Made by a program: the position numbers and the translations under genes. Below are positions 53,483 through 61,620 of a DNA stretch of 64,000 nt, piece by piece. Position 1 is the first letter of the stretch, and each line of letters begins with the position of its first letter. This DNA is from Thermoplasmata archaeon (GTDB taxonomy: Archaea; Thermoplasmatota; Thermoplasmata; Lutacidiplasmatales; UBA184). The stretch lies in the NCBI GenBank assembly GCA_022750155.1, contig JAKIWG010000005.1:34465-98464 (forward strand). The letters are read 5' to 3'. The notes under the pieces were generated by a model, which saw only the letters and a list, made by a program, of their open reading frames with translations, was not told the origin of the DNA and did not search any database.

Positions 53483-54172
53483 GTGGGCTCGATCAAGGTC
53501 GTCGCAACCCACGACGTCGTCCAGGCGCTCCATCCCCGTCCGGCTTCCCCCGACGATGAGCTCGGCAAGGCGGTCGGAACCGCGATCGATAGCGCGCTCT
53601 CCCGATACAGCCACCAGTTCAGCCGGCAGCTTCGCCCGACCCACCCCGCGATCCTCGCCTACGCGGTGGAGATCCTCGACGACCGTCTCCTCGAGACCGA
53701 TGTCGAGCTCACGGCCGCCGACCGGGAAACGGTCCTCGCGCAGATCGACGGCGTGATCCGGGCGTTCCGAAAGAGCCCGGTGTTCGGACTTCCGAGGCCC
53801 CGGTCCCGACTGATCCTTATCGGGGAGGAGGTCGGGGTCTACGCCCAGCCGGATTACTGGGACGGGAGCCTTCGGTTCTTCGAAATGAAGAGCTACCACG
53901 CGATGCCGATGCCCCCGGACGTCGCCCTGCAAGTGCGGTGCTTCCAACTGGCGTTCCCGCAGTGTGAGGGGTACCTCGCGTGCTTCGACCGTCACTCGAC
54001 GCCCGTGCGGGTGTCGATCGACCGGGTACCGCCACCCACCGAGGACGAGGTCCGGTCCACCTTGGAGTCGGCCCGGACCATCGCCCGGGAGGTTGGTGTG
54101 GAGAAGGTGCTCGAGTACATCGACGCCCCGGTGATTCGATACGCGTTAGGGTCCCCGCGCCCCCCTGCGTGA
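53483..54172 (+). CDS. Hypothetical protein with a PD-(D/E)xK nuclease-like motif
   Basis: GTG 53483 ('VGSIKVVATHD...') in frame inside ORF 53141..54172; the upstream part is antisense to tdh. The core is 'VGVYAQPDYWDGSLRFFEMKSY' (D...E-x-K spacing). Downstream Cys residues are 'CFQLAFPQCEGYLAC'. Confidence 0.4.
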   Translation: MGSIKVVATHDVVQALHPRPASPDDELGKAVGTAIDSALSRYSHQFSRQLRPTHPAILAYAVEILDDRLLETDVELTAADRETVLAQIDGVIRAFRKSPVFGLPRPRSRLILIGEEVGVYAQPDYWDGSLRFFEMKSYHAMPMPPDVALQVRCFQLAFPQCEGYLACFDRHSTPVRVSIDRVPPPTEDEVRSTLESARTIAREVGVEKVLEYIDAPVIRYALGSPRPPA

Positions 54173-54215
54173 CGGGCCGTTCGGCCCTGGATCGGAAGCC
54201 CCCGTGCGTTCCCGA

Positions 54216-55310
54216 TCAAGCGGAGGGGGTGCGCGGAACGGCGATGCGTTCCGGAGAGGACGGGGGCGCGGGGGAGCCGTGCAGGCCACCGGGCGCGGGC
54301 ACGATCCCGCCCACCGACCCGTTCCCATTGTTGGCGAAGCAGAACATGTTCTTCATCGGCGGGTGGGTCACCCAATCGTCGCCCGGCACCCCCAGACGCC
54401 CGAGGCGCAAGAGCCACTCGGTGGTGGTCATCAGGTTGTAGTGATTGTAGTTGACCGTGGAATTGTAGCTCTTGCACACGAACGGACTGATGACGGACGT
54501 GTAGACGTGGCCGCCACCCTTTCCGCCGTTCACGCCAGTGGTGTCGTTGAGCGGGCCCTCGTCGTAGGTCACGATGAACACCGAGCTGTTGAACAGCGTG
54601 GAGTTGAGGAGAGGGTTCAGGAACCCGCGCAGCCAGGGGTCGCAGTACGCCCCCACCTTCAGGCACTCGTCCGTGACGTTGGGAGAGATGAACCCGTAGA
54701 CGGGCAGCTTCCCAGCGGTGTACTGGGTCTGGAAGTTGGTCAGGTTCACGTCGTTCGCATTGCATTCCGTCTGGTTGGAGTAGATATCGTTGTACCAGAC
54801 GAACGGATTGTGCGAGGGGCGGTAGGCGGTATTGACCGTCCGGTTGCACGTCCCGACCATACCCCCGTAGTAGGCGTTCCACGTGAAGGCGGGGCCGGCC
54901 TTGTGCAGGAGGTCGACGACATTCGTTCGGTTCAGCGGCACGATCGGGTTGTGCGCGTACCCGGACGTCGTGGCCGAGTAGGCCGGGAACGAGTTGTGCT
55001 TGATCGAGTAGAACTGGGAGGCGTAGGAGTAGTATGTCGCGAGATAGGCTTCGAAGTTGAACCGCTTCATCACCAGGCCTGCCTCCTGGTTCTCCAGGAA
55101 GATGATGAACACATGGCAGACCGGGGTCGGCAACTGGAGGGCCGGGCAGCTCGACTTGACGGTGGCCTTGGCGACGCGGGGCGCCGACGGCGCGACGGAG
55201 AAACCGCTCAGCAGAAGGACGAGAACCAGGGCGGGGGCCAACCACGCCGCCGCCGAGATCGCCCGTCGAGGGGTGGAATTGCTCAGACGTGCGGAGGCTC
55301 CGATTCGCAT
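54216..55310 (-). CDS. Phosphoesterase-family protein (PLC/AcpA-type), secreted or anchored, second copy in the window
   Basis: ATG 55310 ('MRIGASARL...AAWLAPALVLVLLLSGFSVAPS'). Motifs are 'CHVFIIFLENQEAG', 'IKHNSFPAYSA', 'HNPFVWYNDIY', 'YGFISPNVTDE' and 'VFIVTYDEG'. It is sequon-rich. Confidence 0.7.
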   Translation of the reverse strand: MRIGASARLSNSTPRRAISAAAWLAPALVLVLLLSGFSVAPSAPRVAKATVKSSCPALQLPTPVCHVFIIFLENQEAGLVMKRFNFEAYLATYYSYASQFYSIKHNSFPAYSATTSGYAHNPIVPLNRTNVVDLLHKAGPAFTWNAYYGGMVGTCNRTVNTAYRPSHNPFVWYNDIYSNQTECNANDVNLTNFQTQYTAGKLPVYGFISPNVTDECLKVGAYCDPWLRGFLNPLLNSTLFNSSVFIVTYDEGPLNDTTGVNGGKGGGHVYTSVISPFVCKSYNSTVNYNHYNLMTTTEWLLRLGRLGVPGDDWVTHPPMKNMFCFANNGNGSVGGIVPAPGGLHGSPAPPSSPERIAVPRTPSA

Positions 55311-55527
55311 GGGTTCGACCGGGGGGACGACCAAATCCTGGCGGATAAGTCAATCGCCGTTGCCGGGGTTCGGCCCACTCGTTGCGCCTTCCCCCCTCCG
55401 AGAGACGGCTCCAGGAGTTCGACGGTCCGCTGCGGGTCGATCTCGGGGGAGTCTTGCGTGGGTGATCGGTGAAGAGGTTGGCACCGGCGGGCTCCCCGCC
55501 GGTGCGCCGTCGGGTGCGTCGGCTGGT

Positions 55528-56385
55528 CTAGGTGTACTTGACCCAGTTCAGCTTGGCTCCGTTGCCGAGCGTAGCGAAGTTGACGGTGGCGGCCGCGTGG
55601 CCACCGACGAGTTTGGTGTTCGACGCGTCCAGCTCTGCCAAGGCGCCGCCGTACAGGTCGACCTCCAGCTCGTAGGTGTGCGTCGAGTTGAGGCCGGTCG
55701 CGTTCACGAAGAGGTCCATCCCCTGGGTCGCGCTGAACCCGCCGCTCGGCGAGCCGAGGATCGCCGTGCTGCACGTGCCGCCGCTGCAGAACGTGTCGTT
55801 CTCGGTCACGTTCTGGAAGCCCGGCCAGAAGTTGGTGCCGAAGAACAGGCTCCCGTTCGTCGTGTCGATCAGGTACGACTGGCTGAACAGGTACGCCTGG
55901 GCGAATTCGTAGCAGGCATAGGTCGCTGCCGTGCTCGTGGGGCAGGGGGTCGACGTGAGAGATACCGACCCGCTCGCCGAGATCGACCAGTTCGACTCGA
56001 TCGTGATGGCCGGGTGCTTGACGAGGATCGGGACGACGATGGAGACCTGGGCGGTCGTCTGCCCGCGGTTCGCGATCCCGTTCGGGAGCTTCGCGCACGC
56101 CGGGGCGGTTCCCGCGAGGCTGAACCCGCCGAGGCCTGAGTGGGCCACGAAGTGCGGTGCGGTGACGATCTTGTCGAATCCGCACCCGACCTGGCCCGTC
56201 GAACTGAACGACGCGGTCACCAGGGTCTTGAACGGAGCTTTGAGCGTGGTCGTGTGGGACGGCGCCGCGCCGAGACCCGCGGGGGCGAGCACCAGGACCG
56301 CGACTAGGGTCAACAGGCCGCCTCCGGCGAATGCCGCTCCCCATGTTCCTCCTCGATATTCCGACTTCGTCTTCCCCAACCGCAT
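55528..56385 (-). CDS. Secreted hypothetical protein (Cys-containing beta-rich domain)
   Basis: ATG 56385 ('MRLGKTKSEY...GGGLLTLVAVLVLAPAGLGA'). It has G/C-ending codons, several Cys pairs and sequons. There is no C-terminal TM. Confidence 0.55.
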   Translation of the reverse strand: MRLGKTKSEYRGGTWGAAFAGGGLLTLVAVLVLAPAGLGAAPSHTTTLKAPFKTLVTASFSSTGQVGCGFDKIVTAPHFVAHSGLGGFSLAGTAPACAKLPNGIANRGQTTAQVSIVVPILVKHPAITIESNWSISASGSVSLTSTPCPTSTAATYACYEFAQAYLFSQSYLIDTTNGSLFFGTNFWPGFQNVTENDTFCSGGTCSTAILGSPSGGFSATQGMDLFVNATGLNSTHTYELEVDLYGGALAELDASNTKLVGGHAAATVNFATLGNGAKLNWVKYT

Positions 56386-56542
56386 GTTCCGTATCCTTCC
56401 CACCCCGTTCCGTTCCGTCGACGGTCCAGAGCCGAAGGTGGGATGCCTCGACCGAAGTGGCCGTATTTAGAGTCATACGGCGTGGCCGGTTGGGGGCGTC
56501 CGGTGAGCAGACGCCCTCGCGGGGGGGCGAGCCGACCGGCGT

Positions 56543-56836
56543 CTAGAACTTGCGGACCGGCGGGCCGGTGTGCGAGCGGGTCCAACCGTCCAGGACCAGT
56601 TCGAGGTCGATCTGCTGGAACAGTTCCGTGTGGTTCTCGCACAGCTCGAAGTGCTTGACGACGGCGCCCTGCCGAGTCTTCCCTACTCCGACCCCCAGGA
56701 GTCCGCAATCATACGTCGCGTCCTCATGGCACGGGATCGTGAGCGTGATTCGGCGGTCGTGGACCGGCATCGGCGCAGACGGCAACGCATGGCGAGCTGC
56801 GGGCTGATTCTGGCACGTCGGCATCGAGAGCGCCAA
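56543..56836 (-). CDS. Small hypothetical Cys/His-containing protein
   Basis: 97-aa ORF. Third codon positions are strongly G/C-biased in this frame (for example ctg ttc cag cag atc gac ctc ... cgc aag ttc tag). It contains 'IPCHEDATYDCG...FELCENH'. The start is uncertain; several in-frame ATGs exist. Confidence 0.4.
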   Translation of the reverse strand: MALSMPTCQNQPAARHALPSAPMPVHDRRITLTIPCHEDATYDCGLLGVGVGKTRQGAVVKHFELCENHTELFQQIDLELVLDGWTRSHTGPPVRKF

Positions 56837-57267
56837 GTCGTCCTAGTACAAAGTGACACACCCCGTCTGCCCTCGCTCCTCTCCCCCGCAAACCGGGGGG
56901 CGGGGGGGAGTCCTGTGGTGCGAGGATTCCAGGGAGGAATACCGGCACCGTCGAGCCGTGGCGTTCACCTCCCTTTCTATCGGGGCACCTTCTCGCCGGA
57001 CCCAGGTCGTCCGCGCCCAGAAACTCAAGCTCGCCGGTTCGCCCGGGGCGCCGCGCACAGTTGTAGACCGCGCCATCGCGTGGGGGGTCCCGCCGGCTGG
57101 GGTACCCTCGGCCGATCGGCTCGGGTGCCAACACTCGGGTCCGCAGCGCGGACCGGTCGACCGAGAGGAGGGTGCGAACGGGAAAGTCGATGGGGCTGGC
57201 TGCGGGTGAAAATAGTCGCAAACCGGCCGCTCGTGGCGCGTCGCGGGGAAAGTCGGGAGTAAAGAGG

Positions 57268-57275
57268 TATTTTAC
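57268..57275 (+). promoter_or_regulatory. TATA-like box for 57301..61620 (leaderless-type spacing)
   Basis: 'TATTTTAC', preceded by 'AAAGAGG' (BRE-like, purine-rich), is centred about 29 nt upstream of ATG 57301. It is the only AT-rich element in the spacer. Confidence 0.5.
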
Positions 57276-57300
57276 GCTCTAGCGCACTCCGCGGCCCGAC

Positions 57301-60300
57301 ATGGGAAGTCGTTTCGGTGCGGTAGCTGTCGCCAGTGCCCGCCCCCGGGGCGGCGTACTGCTTCTGGTCATTGGACTCGGCTTGATCATGGCCAGCCCAG
57401 GCCCCTTGGTCCTGGCTACTGCCGGTGCGCACTCCCTCTCGCACCCCGTGTCCGTTTCGGGCACTCCGCCCGGCAGTCCGACTTCGTCGGCCTCCGATGC
57501 CCCATCGCGGTCCGCCTTGCCGTCGGGGGGACCGCCATCCCTCAGCTTCTACGGATCCAACTCCACATTTTCGGATCTTCCGGCCCAGTTCCAGGTCTGC
57601 CAACATTCCAATTCGGGTTCGAGCCACCTTTCGACTTGCTACGACCAAGCCCAGAACCCCACCATCCTCCGGTTCTCGAATGGCGATATCGGAGTGGGGT
57701 ACTCGGTCTACACCAATCAGAGCCCCACGTCGTGTACCGGGTCGGTCACGAACACGTTGAGCCGGGTCGCGTTCGCGACCTCCGTTGACTCCGGCCGCCA
57801 TTTCACCGGGTTCTCGTACGTCGGAAACGACACCTGCGCCTACCTGCAAGCCACCGAGCCCTCCTTCGCACTCAGCACCACCGGCGAGCTCGTCACCGCG
57901 TTCGTCGAGGAGAACAAGAGCACCATCAAGACCCCGGTGTTCCCGCCCGGCTACGTCAGCCGAACGGTCGACGCCTTGGGATTCGCCTCGTCGTACAACC
58001 GAGGCGCGTCCTGGAGTCCTGTCGTGACGCTCAATTCTTCCGGGAACATCACGCGTCCGGTCGTGGCGGAGTTCGGTTCGACCGTCTACGTAGTGTACGA
58101 GAACACGAGCAACACGAGCACGACCTATCCCGGCGGATTCAGCTCGGGGAACTTCCATGCGATCGGCCTACATTTCCTGAGGTCGACGGACGGGGGGGTC
58201 CACTGGGCCGGGCCGTTCACGCTGCCCGGCGAGAACATGTCCATGGGGTTCTGGGCGGTGGCCCCTTCGATCACCGTCAACGCCACCGGGACCCTCGCCA
58301 TCGCCTACGCCACGAACCGTTCCTGCGTCTTCGGTTGCGCTTCCCCTGGAGCGGCCCGATATGGGGACGATGTGGTCGTCATCACCTCCCGAACGAACGG
58401 CTCCACCTGGAGTCCCCTCCACCGGATCCAGGCTAGCGTGGGGGAGTCGCACTGCTGGAGCGGCTACAACGGACCGATCGCGTGTTTCCCCGCCCCCTTC
58501 GAGTGGACCCCCCAGACCTCCATCGCCTTCTCGCCGAATGGTTCCAACCTGTACGTCGCCTGGGCCGGTGCCTTCGCCGTCCCCGGCCCGCTCGCGAACT
58601 CGGCGACCGACCTGCGATCCGGAGTCTTCGTGGGCTCATCCACCAGTAGCGCGGTCCGTTGGAAGACGGCGACGATCCAGGCGAATACCAACGGGTACAC
58701 GGCCAACGAATTCTACCTTCCCGCGGTCGGGGTGGCGCCAAATGGTACCGTCTTCGTCACGTACACCGAGGAGAACAACTCCGCCTGCAACGGCTGTTCC
58801 GGATTCAATGGGGCCTACTCGCAATGGGTGGTGCACTCCGCGGACGGGGTGGTGTGGAGTGAGCCCTCCTTCGTGAACATCGACGCGAAGTCCACCGGTT
58901 CCACGGCGGCCGCTTCCTGGAGCGGATGGTCCTCGAGCGTGGGATTCACGTCGACCGGCACGCCGTTGCTGAGTTACGCCCTGCCGTTCCCGCTGCAGCT
59001 GACGACGCAGACGGCCGGGTCGATCACGTACTACAACTACAGCTACCCCACCCAGCTCAGCATCTCGTACCCGTACCTCGGGCCGACGATCACGTTGAAC
59101 GTCACTCAGGGGGGTCTGGCCCAGGGGGCACCGTGGACATTCTTCATCGACGGAGCGGCGTTCAATCAGACGGTCCGTAGCGTCAAGGTTCCCGGAATTC
59201 CCGCGAACACGACGATCCTGATCGACACCCTCCGACTTATTCCCGGATTCTGGACCCAGATCGCGTTCTCGCAGAGCGTGCCGAGCGCCGTCTCGTTCAG
59301 CCGATCCTCCACGGTCTTTTTCAATTTCACGGAGCTGTTCGGGCTACAGTTCATTTACGCCACGAATACCGCGCCCCAGATCTACATCTCGTTCACCTAC
59401 AACACGACCTACTACTACGACAACGAGTACCGGTACTGCTACACCGGCGGCTGCAACGGCTACCACAACATCGCCCCCGCCTTCCCGTGGTACTTCCCGG
59501 CCGGGACGATGCTCCACATCGTTCCGAATGCCGTACCGGTCATCGGATACTGGAATGGGACGGGCAACGGGAGCTACACCGGCACTGGGTCCCAAGCGAA
59601 TCTGACGATGGATTCGCCGATCAACGAGACCCTGTGGGCGATCGCGGCCGGGGTCTACAACGAGAGCTTCACTCCAACGGGGCTCCCGGCGACCTCGGTG
59701 TTCAGTTTCCGCCTGGGAGAGACCAATTACTCGGCTCCGGCGACGGGGCCCACGACCGTGACCGGGCTCGTTACCGGGGCGTACGGTCTTTCCGATATCC
59801 AGGCGAACTCTTCCGCGTCGGGCTGGGAGTACTTCGGAGTCTCCTCGGTGGGGGCTACGGTGATCGTTCCGGCGGAACCGACGGTCAACCTGTCGTTCGC
59901 GTACGTGGACGTGGCGATGGCGACCGGTCCGGTGAGTTTCCACGCGCTGGGGTTCACGAACGGGACCGTGTGGGACCTCACGTTCAATGGGACGACGTAT
60001 TCCTCGTTCACCCCGTGGATCAATCTGTCCGCCCGTCCCGGCACCTACCCGTGGGGGGTGGGGGCGGGCGTGCTCTCCTCCAACGACTCGGTAGGCTACA
60101 CTCCGCTCGCCATCTCCCCGCGCGTTACCGTGTCCTCCGGAGCGACGGTGAACGTCAGCTTCGCGCCGGCGTACCGGGTCGAGGTGTTCGCCGGCGTCGG
60201 GGGCGCGGTCACACAACCCGGAGTGCACTGGTTGGCCAGCGGGAGCGTCGCGGTGTTCAACGCTACGCCGATCGGGGCGTACTCCTTCGTCGGCTGGACG

Positions 60301-61620
60301 GGGGTAGGGTCGGGCAACTACACGGGGACCTCCCCCTCGGCGAGCGTCCACGTCAGCGGGCCCCTCGTGGAGACGGCGAGCTTCGCGCCGCTTCCCACGG
60401 ACCGGTTCAACGTGACGTTCACCGCGCTCGGGTTGGCCCCGAACGTCTGGTGGTCGGTGTTCCTGAACGGCGTGGGCTATGCGACGAATCAGATGAATCT
60501 CACCGTCAACGGGCTCTACTCCTGCTCGGCAGGGACCGCGGGCACATACTCGCTGATCATCCCCTATGCCTACGCGAACGACTCCAGCCTGAGTCGCTTC
60601 GTGCCGGGCCATTACGCCGCCAAGTTCTGCGTCAACGGCGTTCCCCCACCGGACGTGGTCCAGTTCACCCCGCAGTACACGGTCGGGGTGCAGGCGACCC
60701 TGGGAGGCACCGTGTCGGTCACCGTGGGTTCGAACCAGTCGAGCTCGAGCCTCTGGGCGTTCCCTTCGGATTTCGTCCAGATTCAGGCGTTCCCTTCTCC
60801 GGGTTATCTGTTCGTCAACTGGACGGGCCTCGGGTCCGGTGCGTACACGGGTCCTACCTCCGCCACGACGATCTCGCCGAGCGGCGCGGTCACCGAGTTG
60901 GCCATGTTCACTCCGGTCCCGGTGAAGGTGCTCCCGCTGTACACCGTGCACTTCCTCCTCACTACTCCTCTGGCCCTCGGGACCGTATGGGCCGTCACTC
61001 TCGCCGGCGTCGGCTACTCGTCGAACACCGCGTACCTCAACCTCTCCGGATTCGCCCCGACCAGCTACCCCCTGTCGGTCGGGTCGACGTACTCCCCGGA
61101 CAATCTGACGCGCTACCTGCCCATCGCCCCACCGAACCAGGTGAACGTCCGGGCGAACACGTCGGTACCCCTCAGCTTCGGTCGGTCGTACTGGGTGGAG
61201 GTCTCCGGCTCGGCCGGAGGGACGGTCTCCGGCGGCGATCTCTGGGCGGGCCCCTCCGCGTCGGTCAGCCTCAACGCCACCCCGAGCGCGGGGTTCGAAT
61301 TCGTCGGATGGACCGGTTCGGGTCCGGGCAATTACACGGGAACGACCCAGGGCGTCCAGATCTCCGTCTCGGGCCCGATCACTGAGCGGGCGGTCTTCGT
61401 CCCGATCGCCCCCGTCTCGAGCCAGAGCTCGAGCATCTGGGCGGGCACCGGGGTCTGGGCGGGGCTCCTCGTCGCCGGTCTGGCCGCGGGGGTCGTCGCC
61501 GGGTACGCGGTGAGCCGCCGGTCCGCCGGGCGGACCCCGAGCCCCCCGACCGCCTCAGGAGGGGTGGAGTCGGCCCCAGAGCCCGACGGCGAGGCCTCTC
61601 CCCCTATGGAGGATCCATGA
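57301..61620 (+). CDS. Giant surface glycoprotein: BNR/Asp-box (sialidase-like beta-propeller) head + alternating 'GLxxGxxW' and B-repeat-like modules + C-terminal TM anchor
   Basis: 1439 aa with the signal 'GVLLLVIGLGLIMASPGPLVLA'. Asp-box-like repeats are 'SVDSGRHF', 'SYNRGASWS', 'STDGGVHW', 'SRTNGSTWS' and 'SADGVVWS'. Four B-repeat-like modules include 'FVGWTGVGSGNYTGTSPSASVHVSGPLVETASF', 'FVNWTGLGSGAYTGPTSATTISPSGAVTELAMF' and 'FVGWTGSGPGNYTGTTQGVQISVSGPITERAVF'. The TM 'GVWAGLLVAGLAAGVVAGYAV' is followed by 'SRRSAGRTPSPP'. Confidence 0.8.
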   Translation: MGSRFGAVAVASARPRGGVLLLVIGLGLIMASPGPLVLATAGAHSLSHPVSVSGTPPGSPTSSASDAPSRSALPSGGPPSLSFYGSNSTFSDLPAQFQVCQHSNSGSSHLSTCYDQAQNPTILRFSNGDIGVGYSVYTNQSPTSCTGSVTNTLSRVAFATSVDSGRHFTGFSYVGNDTCAYLQATEPSFALSTTGELVTAFVEENKSTIKTPVFPPGYVSRTVDALGFASSYNRGASWSPVVTLNSSGNITRPVVAEFGSTVYVVYENTSNTSTTYPGGFSSGNFHAIGLHFLRSTDGGVHWAGPFTLPGENMSMGFWAVAPSITVNATGTLAIAYATNRSCVFGCASPGAARYGDDVVVITSRTNGSTWSPLHRIQASVGESHCWSGYNGPIACFPAPFEWTPQTSIAFSPNGSNLYVAWAGAFAVPGPLANSATDLRSGVFVGSSTSSAVRWKTATIQANTNGYTANEFYLPAVGVAPNGTVFVTYTEENNSACNGCSGFNGAYSQWVVHSADGVVWSEPSFVNIDAKSTGSTAAASWSGWSSSVGFTSTGTPLLSYALPFPLQLTTQTAGSITYYNYSYPTQLSISYPYLGPTITLNVTQGGLAQGAPWTFFIDGAAFNQTVRSVKVPGIPANTTILIDTLRLIPGFWTQIAFSQSVPSAVSFSRSSTVFFNFTELFGLQFIYATNTAPQIYISFTYNTTYYYDNEYRYCYTGGCNGYHNIAPAFPWYFPAGTMLHIVPNAVPVIGYWNGTGNGSYTGTGSQANLTMDSPINETLWAIAAGVYNESFTPTGLPATSVFSFRLGETNYSAPATGPTTVTGLVTGAYGLSDIQANSSASGWEYFGVSSVGATVIVPAEPTVNLSFAYVDVAMATGPVSFHALGFTNGTVWDLTFNGTTYSSFTPWINLSARPGTYPWGVGAGVLSSNDSVGYTPLAISPRVTVSSGATVNVSFAPAYRVEVFAGVGGAVTQPGVHWLASGSVAVFNATPIGAYSFVGWTGVGSGNYTGTSPSASVHVSGPLVETASFAPLPTDRFNVTFTALGLAPNVWWSVFLNGVGYATNQMNLTVNGLYSCSAGTAGTYSLIIPYAYANDSSLSRFVPGHYAAKFCVNGVPPPDVVQFTPQYTVGVQATLGGTVSVTVGSNQSSSSLWAFPSDFVQIQAFPSPGYLFVNWTGLGSGAYTGPTSATTISPSGAVTELAMFTPVPVKVLPLYTVHFLLTTPLALGTVWAVTLAGVGYSSNTAYLNLSGFAPTSYPLSVGSTYSPDNLTRYLPIAPPNQVNVRANTSVPLSFGRSYWVEVSGSAGGTVSGGDLWAGPSASVSLNATPSAGFEFVGWTGSGPGNYTGTTQGVQISVSGPITERAVFVPIAPVSSQSSSIWAGTGVWAGLLVAGLAAGVVAGYAVSRRSAGRTPSPPTASGGVESAPEPDGEASPPMEDP
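59090..61400 (+). repeat. Array of alternating ~90-aa protein modules inside 57301..61620
   Basis: Modules of the type 'GLAQGAPWTFFIDG', 'GLPATSVFSFRLG', 'GFTNGTVWDLTFNG', 'GLAPNVWWSVFLNG' and 'ALGTVWAVTLAG' alternate with 'F.(G/N)WTG.G.G.YTG......(I/V)..SGP(I/L/V).E.A.F' modules. Confidence 0.7.

Noticed and set aside
57180-57255. 'GGGAAAGTCG' resembling the RNase P RNA CR-I motif (GAGGAAAGUCC)
   Set aside because: The match is imperfect (GUCG, not GUCC). No CR-IV/CR-V-like elements follow. An RNA of the required length would run into the well-supported CDS that starts at 57301.
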